NCBI RefSeq assembly: GCF_000010065.1
Contig: NC_006576.1
Span: 1,620,001-1,652,000, forward strand
Source: Synechococcus elongatus PCC 6301
GTDB taxonomy: Bacteria; Cyanobacteriota; Cyanobacteriia; Synechococcales; Synechococcaceae
Length of the DNA stretch: 32,000 nucleotides
Reading direction: 5' to 3'
Shown here: piece after piece, positions 8,752-16,864 of the stretch
Layout of the letters: every line of letters begins with the position of its first letter
Numbering within the stretch: the stretch's first letter is position 1
Position numbers and translations under genes: made by a program
The notes under the pieces: model-generated
Database searches by the model: none
Seen by the model: only the letters and a program-made list of their open reading frames with translations
What the model was told of the DNA's origin: nothing

Positions 8752-9408
8752 ATGAGCCTTGGATCCCAGGCATTCGGCCAAGCCTTTCCCTCTGACAACT
8801 TCCCAGAACAGCCCCAGGCTGCTGCGTCGCCACAACCTGCGCGAGCAGATAAGGTCGATCAGCAAGTAGTTGCCGTACGGCGCGCCCTAGGGGAGCACTT
8901 AGTCTTGGGCGGCTTTTTGACGAACCTTCAACTCCAGGCAGCACTACAGGATCAATTTTGTTCGGTCAACCAAACCGCAAAGCGGCTGGGAGAGATCTTA
9001 GTCAGTTATGGTTGGGTCTCTGGCAAGGTGATTGATTTTTTCTTGCGTTATCGCTCCCATCACCTGATTCAGCCAGGTAAACAGCTCGGCGATTATCTGC
9101 TTGAGCTGGGTTTGGTTTCGCATGCTGATCTAGATAAGGCCCTTCGACTTCAAAAAACGAGTTATCTAGGTCAGCCTCTCGGCCAAATTTTAGTCAAGTT
9201 TGGCTTAGTTAAAAAACAAACAATTGATTATTTAGTTGATTCCATTATTAAGCCAGAGCTCGCACTGCTCAGTCAGTCGTGGACTGGCCCTGAGGGAACT
9301 TCTAATCCCTATAAATCGAAACCTAATCCCCTAGCTGATGAGGAAGTTTATTTTGATGAACTAACAACTTTCTCAGAAGCCTTTAGTCCTTTCAAAAAGC
9401 GTCAGTAA
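8752..9408 (+). CDS. Stand-alone protein with two T2SSE_N/MshEN-like modules
   Basis: Four copies of the LGxx(L/V)(L/V)xxG(hydrophobic)(hydrophobic)xxxx(L/I)xxx(L/V) element arranged as two pairs: ALGEHLVLGGFLTNLQLQAALQDQ + RLGEILVSYGWVSGKVIDFFL, and QLGDYLLELGLVSHADLDKALRLQ + PLGQILVKFGLVKKQTIDYLV. No ATPase or other catalytic domain is present. Confidence 0.62.
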   Translation: MSLGSQAFGQAFPSDNFPEQPQAAASPQPARADKVDQQVVAVRRALGEHLVLGGFLTNLQLQAALQDQFCSVNQTAKRLGEILVSYGWVSGKVIDFFLRYRSHHLIQPGKQLGDYLLELGLVSHADLDKALRLQKTSYLGQPLGQILVKFGLVKKQTIDYLVDSIIKPELALLSQSWTGPEGTSNPYKSKPNPLADEEVYFDELTTFSEAFSPFKKRQ

Positions 9409-9470
9409 TTTCTTGTTCTTAAAATTGATTATCTAGTTCTCTAGTTCTCTAAGATGGGTAATCACTAAAC

Positions 9471-10058
9471 CTAAATCAAGTAAAGCAATACAAATAAAAC
9501 AATCCAGACGATATCAACAAAGTGCCAATAAATTTCAGCAGCTTCAATGCCGAAATGATGTTGGTCTGAATAATAATCTGGTTGCCGCGATCGCCACAGA
9601 ACAGCCAGAATTGCCAGTAGTCCTACGAGGACGTGTAGGCCGTGGAAGCCAGTTAGGGCGTAAAAAGTGCTGGCAAACAAGTTATCTCTGAGGCCAAATG
9701 TTAACTGGCTATATTCATAAATTTGACCAACTAGAAAAACAACACCCATCAGAGCAGTAATGCCAAAGTAGCGCTGAACCGCTTTGACGTTATTTTGCTT
9801 AATCGCATCTTCAGCGCCATGAATAACAAAGCTACTGCTGATTAAGATGGTTGTGTTAATCGCTGGAATGAGTAGCTCCAGCTCAGGCATTTGCTCTGCG
9901 GGTAATGAATTGACAGCCCGAAAGGTGAGATAGGCAGCAAATAAGCCCAGGAAAATCATCCCTTCGGCAACAAGGAACAGAATGAGCCCAAAGATTCGAT
10001 GATCAGGATGTGCTTCTTCAAGGTGATGAGTTTTTAAGGCTTCCAAAGTGCTTGTCAT
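9471..10058 (-). CDS. ctaE: Cytochrome c oxidase subunit III
   Basis: Heme-copper oxidase subunit III family ([14 protein letters not shown]...[13 protein letters not shown]...YWHFVDIVW). ATG at the complement of 10056-10058 (MTSTLEAL) is preferred; the track start at 10109 would abut the ctaD stop. Confidence 0.92.
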   Translation of the reverse strand: MTSTLEALKTHHLEEAHPDHRIFGLILFLVAEGMIFLGLFAAYLTFRAVNSLPAEQMPELELLIPAINTTILISSSFVIHGAEDAIKQNNVKAVQRYFGITALMGVVFLVGQIYEYSQLTFGLRDNLFASTFYALTGFHGLHVLVGLLAILAVLWRSRQPDYYSDQHHFGIEAAEIYWHFVDIVWIVLFVLLYLI

Positions 10059-10109
10059 AGGAGTTGCTAAGAGTGAGGACTGCAAACAAAGACTGTGTTT
10101 GAACGGCAA

Positions 10110-11735
10110 TTAAGGCTGAATAATTTTGCGATCGCCATAGCCATAGGGATTGGTCACGAGCGGAGCTTCTCCAACCCAATTCTCAACAGGCGGAGGAGAA
10201 CTGGTAAGCCATTCGGGTGTAATGCCTCCCCAAGGGTTAGGACCAGCTTTAGCGCCTGCAATCCAGCTCCAAACTGCATTGATTAGGAAGGGAATTGTGG
10301 AAATAGCCAGGATAAATGAACCAATTGAGCAGATTAAGTTGACCGTGGCAAACTGTGGATCGTATTCAGCCACGCGGCGCGGCATGCCCTGCAAGCCTAG
10401 CCAGTGCATCGGTAAGAAGCAGAGGTTAAAGCCCACAAGCGTCAAGATGAAATGAACTTTTCCCCAGCCCTCATTCAACAGACGCCCAGTCATTTTGGGG
10501 AACCAATGATAGATGCCAGCATAGAGGCCAAAAACACTGCCCCCGAAGAGAACATAGTGGAAGTGCGCAACGACGAAGTAGGTATCGTGAACATGAATAT
10601 CAACAGGAACTGAGGCGAGCATAATGCCGCTCAGCCCTCCAATCACAAACATCGAAATAAAGCCGACACTGAAGAGTAGGGCACTCGTCAGTTGAAGTTT
10701 CCCGCCCCAAAGCGTTGCCAACCAGCTAAAAACTTTAATGCCTGTTGGAACGGCAATGATCATGGTGGCAATCATAAAGAACATTCGCAGCCACGGTGGG
10801 GTACCACTAGTAAACATGTGGTGCGCCCAAACAATTAGGCTCAGGAAGGTAATCGCTAGGCTGGAATAAGCGATCGCTTGATAGCCAAAGATAGGCTTGC
10901 GAGCATGAACTGGCAGAATCTCAGAGATCATGCCAAAAACCGGCAGGATCATAATGTAGACCGCTGGATGAGAATAGAACCAGAACAAGTGCTGATAAAC
11001 GACAGGATTACCACCACCTAATGGATTGAAGAAGTTCGTGCCTACCATTAAGTCAAAGCTGAGCAGAATCAGGGCACCAGCCAAGACTGGCGTCGATAGG
11101 ATTGCCATGATTGAGGTAGATAGCATTGCCCAGCAAAACAATGGCATTTGATTCCATCCCAAGCCAGGGCGGCGCATCTTAATGATTGTGGTGGCAAAGT
11201 TGATAGCGCCCAGGATCGAGGATGTTCCGAGCAGCAGAACACTGAGGATCCAAATCATCTCTCCGGTCTTACCACTCATCAGGCTGAGGGGTGGATAGGA
11301 CGTCCAGCCTGAGCTTGGGGCTTCAACTAAGAAGCTCGCAATTAAGAGAATTCCTGCTGGCGGCAGAAGCCAAAAGGCGACAGCATTCAACTTGGGGAAT
11401 GCCATGTCCCGTGCACCAATTAGCAGGGGAATGAGATAGTTCCCAAAAGCACCACTACCCGCTGGCACGATCCAGAGGAAAATCATGACGGTAGCGTGAA
11501 CCGTGAAGAGTTGGTTGTACAAATCACGGCTGACGACATCCACAGTCGGTGTGGCAAGTTCAAGACGAACTGCTGTCGCTAACGCCCCACCAATTAAATA
11601 AAAGATGAACGTTAAAACTAAATACTGGATGCCAATCACCTTGTGATCGGTACTAAAGCTAAAGTATTCGCGCCAGCCAGTACTACTATGAATTTTTTCC
11701 GGTGACTGATCCGGTAGAAAAGCGGTGGTTGTCAT
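10110..11735 (-). CDS. ctaD: Cytochrome c oxidase subunit I
   Basis: 541 aa with canonical subunit I motifs (HKVIGIQYL, GNYLIPL..GA.DMAFP.LN, WFYSHPAVYIMILP, WAHHMF, VAHFHYVL). Confidence 0.96.
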   Translation of the reverse strand: MTTTAFLPDQSPEKIHSSTGWREYFSFSTDHKVIGIQYLVLTFIFYLIGGALATAVRLELATPTVDVVSRDLYNQLFTVHATVMIFLWIVPAGSGAFGNYLIPLLIGARDMAFPKLNAVAFWLLPPAGILLIASFLVEAPSSGWTSYPPLSLMSGKTGEMIWILSVLLLGTSSILGAINFATTIIKMRRPGLGWNQMPLFCWAMLSTSIMAILSTPVLAGALILLSFDLMVGTNFFNPLGGGNPVVYQHLFWFYSHPAVYIMILPVFGMISEILPVHARKPIFGYQAIAYSSLAITFLSLIVWAHHMFTSGTPPWLRMFFMIATMIIAVPTGIKVFSWLATLWGGKLQLTSALLFSVGFISMFVIGGLSGIMLASVPVDIHVHDTYFVVAHFHYVLFGGSVFGLYAGIYHWFPKMTGRLLNEGWGKVHFILTLVGFNLCFLPMHWLGLQGMPRRVAEYDPQFATVNLICSIGSFILAISTIPFLINAVWSWIAGAKAGPNPWGGITPEWLTSSPPPVENWVGEAPLVTNPYGYGDRKIIQP

Positions 11736-11794
11736 TGCTTGATTGAAAATAGGAGTCGCAGATCGATCGCAAAAAACGAATGTAATTGGCAGGA

Positions 11795-12742
11795 CTAAAG
11801 AGAGGAGGCTAGCTGATGCAGATGATGGAGATGTTCTGGCTCAACCTGAAGATCTAAAGCGGCAGTTGCTGTCTCAAGACGGCTAGGGACAACGGCTGCT
11901 GTCGTAGTTTGTGATTGAATCCAGCGATCGTAATCTTCAGGAGTCTCGACGATGACCTGACTTCTCATCGCGCCGTGATAGCTACCACAGAGTTCTGCGC
12001 AAACAATAGGATAAGTTCCGAGCTGAGTGGGTGTGAACTGCAGACGGGTTCTCTCACCAGGAATGGCATCTTGTTTGAGGCGAAACTGTGGTACCCAAAA
12101 AGCATGGATGACGTCTTGCGCTTCAATCTCAAGCTGAACGCTTTTGCCAAGAGGTAAATGCAGTTCACCGGCAATCAAGTTGTGACTGGGATAGTTAAAA
12201 ATCCAGGCGAACTGGAGGCCCTTGACATTGACTGTGACATCCGGCAGAGCCTCTGTAGGAGCTCCGAGGCCTGCAGAAACCCGAGGAGTACTTTTGGAGT
12301 CCTGGAGTGAATCGCTGGAGAGTTCAGCGGCGATTGCAGAGTCCCGAGGCTGTGCGTGAGCCATGTGTCCGCCGCCGTGTCCCACGGAGAGCCCACCCAT
12401 CGTGGTGTAAACACTAAAGCTATAGACGGAAAGGCCCAAAACAATCACCACTGGAATTCCAGTCCAGAGAATCTCGAGGGCGAGATTGCCATGGATGGGA
12501 GCGGCGTCAGTGACATCGTTGGGTTTACGCCGGAAGCGCCAGAGGATGACAAAAATGAGGCCTTGAACTAGTAAGAAGAGGCCGGTTGCAATCGTCATCA
12601 TGGTATTGAACAAACCATCGACTAGAGGCGCATCTGTCGCGGCTGCAACTGGAAGCAAGCCATGGTTTTGTCCGTACCAAAGGCTTAGACAGGTGATGGC
12701 AACTCCTGCCAGTAGCGTCAAAATATTGCTGGGAATTGCCAC
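11795..12742 (-). CDS. ctaC: Cytochrome c oxidase subunit II
   Basis: Two N-terminal TM helices plus a cupredoxin domain with CuA ligands (DVIHAFWVP...CAELCGSYHGAM). GTG start preceded by GGGAGA. Confidence 0.93.
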   Translation of the reverse strand: MAIPSNILTLLAGVAITCLSLWYGQNHGLLPVAAATDAPLVDGLFNTMMTIATGLFLLVQGLIFVILWRFRRKPNDVTDAAPIHGNLALEILWTGIPVVIVLGLSVYSFSVYTTMGGLSVGHGGGHMAHAQPRDSAIAAELSSDSLQDSKSTPRVSAGLGAPTEALPDVTVNVKGLQFAWIFNYPSHNLIAGELHLPLGKSVQLEIEAQDVIHAFWVPQFRLKQDAIPGERTRLQFTPTQLGTYPIVCAELCGSYHGAMRSQVIVETPEDYDRWIQSQTTTAAVVPSRLETATAALDLQVEPEHLHHLHQLASSL

Positions 12743-12963
12743 GGAGATTCTCCCTGCACGGGTGCTCCAATCTTAACGACTGTTCCCCGTTAGGCAGGGG
12801 ATTCATTCACTAAAGATGACAATATTTTTCGATTTGCTTTGGGATCATCCCAGCAGTTGGTGTGCATCGATACGAGTTCTGTAGTTATTTGTAATTTAAC
12901 GAGAGAAAAATCCAAAGATCGGCTTCTTTTTGAAGATTTAGCGTTAGGCTTCGACTACATCTG

Positions 12964-13887
12964 GTGAGGAGTATGACGGTTTCAATCGCCTCTCATCTTC
13001 AGCGTTTCAGCGGGCATTTGGCGATCGCCACTTGGCTTTTGATAGGGATTGGCGGTGCGACCCGTGTCATGAATGCTGGCCTCGCCTGTCCTGACTGGCC
13101 TCTCTGCTATGGGTCTTGGCTGCCTTGGCAGCAGTTCAATTTGCAGGTCTTTCTGGAGTGGTTTCATCGCTTGGATGCGGCGGTAGTGGGTTGTGGCACG
13201 TTGGTGATCGCTCTGGTGGCTTGGCGATCGCGATCGCAACTGCCCCGCTTTTGGCCGTGGGCTGCTACGGGTGCTTTGTTGTTGGTGGGGCTGCAAGCCA
13301 CCCTAGGTGCGCTGACCGTGACAGAACTGCTGCGGTTTGATTTGGTCACTGCTCATCTCGGCACCGCCCTGCTGTTTTTTGTCAGTTTGTTAGGGCTGCA
13401 AGCAGCTCTTCAACCGCGATCGCCGCTCAATGCGGGGCAATCCCTGCCACGGCTGCTACTGCTTGTCACCGCGATCGCTGTCTACGGTCAGTGTCTGCTT
13501 GGTGCCCTAGTGGGCTCGCGATGGGCGTTGCATCAGTGTTTGGCCGGATCTCAGCTTTGTACCGTGCTGCAAAGCCATCTTTGGGGCATTGCGCCAACTA
13601 CCTTGCTCGTAATCAGCCTCAGCGTTGTGGCTTGGCTTCGAGGTCAGCACCGTTGGGCCAGCCAGATAGCTGCCTTGCTGGGGTTGCAGTTGCTCTTGGG
13701 CTGGGGCACCTATTTCTGGCACCTGCAGATTGAACCTTTGACGATTGGTCACCAAATGGTGGGGGCGGCGTTGTTGGGCTGGATTGCCAGCGCCGGCTTC
13801 CGATCGGCATTTAGCCCTCTGTCATCTGTCTCTGAGGAGAAGAACCATGACGTTAAGCAGCGACAGCAGACTGAGGTTCCCGCTTGA
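12964..13887 (+). CDS. ctaA: Heme A synthase (COX15/CtaA family)
   Basis: Polytopic membrane protein with [21 protein letters not shown] and EWFHR motifs. It is divergent from ctaCDE and upstream of ctaB. The start is GTG 12964 or ATG 12973. Confidence 0.85.
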
Positions 13888-14803
13888 AGAGGTTGGCGCT
13901 CAGCTTCTGGCCTACTGGCAGCTCACCAAACCGCGCATTATTCTCCTGCTGCTGATCACGACGGCAGCGGGCATGGGATTAGCCGCGCAAGGGCCCCTCG
14001 ATCCTCGCCTGGCGATCGCAACTCTCATCGGTGGAGGCTTGGCTGCCGCCGCCGCCAACACTCTCAACTGCCTCTACGATCGCGACATCGACGCGATCAT
14101 GGAGCGCACGCGCTGGCGTCCCTTACCCTCGGGCCGGATTCAACCGTTCGAAGCTTGGGCCTTTGCCCTTTCCTTGGCGGCCCTGTCCTTCATCCTGCTC
14201 GACTGGCAGGCCAATCAACTAGCCGCCGGTCTGGCACTGGCTGGAATTGTTTTCTACGTCGTGATCTACACCCACGGCCTCAAGCGCCACAGTTCCCAGA
14301 ACATTGTGATTGGAGGCGCTGCCGGCGCAATTCCGCCCTTGGTGGGTTGGGCGGCCGTCACGGGTGAGTTGGCTTGGCCCGCTTGGATCCTGTTTGCCAT
14401 TGTCTGCCTCTGGACGCCGCCTCATTTTTGGGCGCTGGCTCTGATGATTCGCGATGATTATGCGGCGGTCAAAGTGCCGATGTTGCCGGTCGTGGTGGGT
14501 AATGCAGCGACGGCGCAGCAAATTTTGGCCTATGCCGGTCTGCTCTTGCCGACTACGCTGGCCTTGGCTTGGCCACTCGGGGCGGCTGGCCCCTTCTATA
14601 GTGCAACGGCGCTTTTGCTGGGACTGGAACTGTTACGGCGATCGCGGCAACTCTGCCAAGCCCCAGATTCTCGTCCCCTAGCGCGATCGCTGTTCAAGTT
14701 CTCGATTTTTTATCTGATGCTGCTCTGCGGAGCGATCGCCATGGATTGCCTACCGGGAGCCCCCAGCCTCAGCCAAGCGATCGCGGCCTGGCCAGGCTTC
14801 TAG
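13847..14803 (+). CDS. ctaB: Protoheme IX farnesyltransferase (heme O synthase)
   Basis: UbiA-family motifs ([41 protein letters not shown]). ATG 13847 (MTLSSD) is preferred. The track's 13745 start adds a non-conserved extension entirely inside ctaA. Confidence 0.9.
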
Positions 14804-14946
14804 TCAAGGAGCGATGAGACTGAGGCATTCGCTTTGGCCTAGGAAGCGTGGTCATTAGTGCAGTCGCGACCCAAAAAGTGCAGCCAGTGCGACAGCCGTA
14901 CCAAGACCTGCGACGATATCTTGTCTAGCAATTTCTGTCCGTTCTG

Positions 14947-15300
14947 ATGCCGCTGATTAAACTGCAAACTTCGATTGCTGCGCTGCCCAGCGATCAAACG
15001 ACCAGCCTGTTGCAGTCCCTATCTACGACCTTGGCGCAGCAACTGGGGAAACCCGAGCGCTACGTGATGACGCTGCTGGAAACTGATGTGCCGATGACCT
15101 TTGCCGGCACTACGGCTCCAGCTTGCTATGTGGAGATCAAGAGTGTTGGGCAGATGAAGCCCACTCAGACTGCCCAGATGAGCCGCCTCTTCTGCAACCA
15201 GATTGCCTCAGAACTGGGCATTGCCAGCGATCGCATCTACATTGAATTTGCTGATGCCCAGGGCTACCTCTGGGGTTGGAACGGTTCAACGTTTGGCTGA
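14947..15300 (+). CDS. MIF (macrophage migration inhibitory factor)/tautomerase-superfamily protein
   Basis: 117 aa beginning MPLIKLQT (catalytic Pro-1 after Met removal). It aligns along its length with mammalian MIF as I remember it (..LAQQLGKPERYV.., ..P.AC..IKS.G.., ..DRIYIEF.D......GWNGSTF). Confidence 0.85.
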   Translation: MPLIKLQTSIAALPSDQTTSLLQSLSTTLAQQLGKPERYVMTLLETDVPMTFAGTTAPACYVEIKSVGQMKPTQTAQMSRLFCNQIASELGIASDRIYIEFADAQGYLWGWNGSTFG

Positions 15301-16376
15301 TGCAGCAGCGTCCTCATCTCTATGTTGCGATTACCAATCATGGGTTTGGCCATGCAACCCGGACCGCTGCAGTCCTGGCTGAATTGCATCGCTTGCGACC
15401 CGATGTGCGGTTCACCGTTGCGACCCAAGCGCCCCGTTGGTTGTTGGCCTCCTACTTCGGCGGTGACTTTGAGCAACGACCGGTGGCTCTTGATGTGGGA
15501 GTTGTCCAGTCCGATAGTCTACAGATCGATCGCACGGCGACTTGGGAGCGGTTGCAGCACCTTCAAGCCCAGCAGGATAGCTTGATTGAGCAAGAGGCTG
15601 CCTATCTTCAACAAGAGCAAGTGCAGTTAGTTCTGGCTGATATCCCACCCCTAGCGATCGCGATCGCAGCCAAAGCGCAGCTGCCCTGCTGGATGATGGG
15701 GAACTTTGGCTGGGATTTTATCTACGCTGATTGGGGGCACCCATTTGTCGAAATAGTCGACTGGATTCGACATCTCTACAAGGATTGCGATCGCCTGTTC
15801 CGCCTGCCCTTCCATGAGCCAATGCAGAGTTTCCCAGTGCAGGAAGCCGTGGGCCTGACTGGAGGATCGCCCCAGTTTTCCGACTGGGATCTGCGCCAGC
15901 GTTTTGATCTCAGTGCTGATGCCAAGACTGTCCTGCTCACCTTTGGCGGCTTGGGCTTGCAGCAGTTTCCCTACGATACTCTGCAGGCCTTTCCCGACTG
16001 GCAGTTTCTCAGTTTCGATCGCCAGGCACCGGATCTTCCCAATCTACGGACGATCCGCGATCCGATCTACCGTCCGGTTGACTTCATGCCGATCTGCGAC
16101 TGGGTTTTTTGCAAGCCGGGCTATGGCACCTTTTCAGAAGCCTGTCGGGTTCAAGCCCCGATCGCCTCTCTGACGCGAACCGGCTTCGCCGAGGCAGAAC
16201 TTTTGCTGCAGAGCTTGCAGACGATCGCCCCCCACGCCATTCTCAGCCCTGAAGCTTGCGTTGCCGGTGACTGGTCTGTGCTTAAGGAGCCTCCCCAGCC
16301 ACCACTGCAGGAGTTGCCTTGGTACCGAGATGGCAACCGTCAAATTGCCGAAGCGATTGCCGAAGCCCTGAACTAG
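15300..16376 (+). CDS. GT-B-like protein related to the N-terminal domain of plant L-arabinokinase (unknown function)
   Basis: Motifs NHGFGHATR, GNFGWDFIYA and CKPGYGTFSEA match the GHGFGHATR / NFSWDFIYA / GKIGYGTVSEA motifs I recall from the Arabidopsis ARA1 N-terminal domain. ATG 15300 shares its A with the MIF stop codon (TGATG). Confidence 0.68.
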   Translation: MQQRPHLYVAITNHGFGHATRTAAVLAELHRLRPDVRFTVATQAPRWLLASYFGGDFEQRPVALDVGVVQSDSLQIDRTATWERLQHLQAQQDSLIEQEAAYLQQEQVQLVLADIPPLAIAIAAKAQLPCWMMGNFGWDFIYADWGHPFVEIVDWIRHLYKDCDRLFRLPFHEPMQSFPVQEAVGLTGGSPQFSDWDLRQRFDLSADAKTVLLTFGGLGLQQFPYDTLQAFPDWQFLSFDRQAPDLPNLRTIRDPIYRPVDFMPICDWVFCKPGYGTFSEACRVQAPIASLTRTGFAEAELLLQSLQTIAPHAILSPEACVAGDWSVLKEPPQPPLQELPWYRDGNRQIAEAIAEALN

Positions 16377-16852
16377 TTAGGGCTAGAGTCCCAAGTGCAG
16401 TAGGGTGTGAAGCTCAGGTAGGCATTACCGTAGCGGCGATCGTGACTGACTTCCGCGCCAACCCAGTCCGGTAGAGCAAAGACTTCCTCAGGATCCGACA
16501 GTTCAATCTCAGCCACGATTAGCCCCTGATTCTGTCCCTGAAATTCATCGACTTCCCAGAGGTGGCCCGCATGTTCAACGCGATAGCGCTGCTTCTCGAC
16601 CAGAAAGCCCTGGCACAGGCTAGCCAGCATTTCCTCGGCATCTGCTAAGGCAATCGGGTATTCATACTCCGATCGCGAGATGCCTAGCATGGGCCCTTTG
16701 ATCGTTAGATAGCCGCGATCGCCTGCAACCCGCACTCGAATGGTGCGATTGCCATCCGCGAGTAAGTAACCCTGACGGTAGGGAACCCCCAAAGATCCCT
16801 GACGCCAACCATCACCCTGGACGAGAAACTTACGCTCAATTTCCGTTGCCAT
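16373..16852 (-). CDS. CYTH-domain protein (triphosphate tunnel metalloenzyme)
   Basis: N-terminal EIERKFLV signature, alternating charged beta-strand pattern (RVRV, YLTIKG, EVDEF, VAEIEL), 159 aa. Confidence 0.85.
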   Translation of the reverse strand: MATEIERKFLVQGDGWRQGSLGVPYRQGYLLADGNRTIRVRVAGDRGYLTIKGPMLGISRSEYEYPIALADAEEMLASLCQGFLVEKQRYRVEHAGHLWEVDEFQGQNQGLIVAEIELSDPEEVFALPDWVGAEVSHDRRYGNAYLSFTPYCTWDSSPN

Positions 16853-16864
16853 CCCGGTACTAAC

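Noticed and set aside
8478-8798. 106-aa minus-strand ORF in the thrS downstream spacer
   Set aside because: It has no recognisable family, lies in AT-rich DNA, overlaps both the thrS stop and the start of the 8752 gene, and has no plausible start context.
9432-9451. Tandem TCTAGTTC-TCTAGTTC-TCTA in the convergent gap before ctaE
   Set aside because: It has only 2.5 copies of an 8-mer, which is far too short for a CRISPR or a functional repeat array. It is probably slippage in AT-rich spacer DNA.
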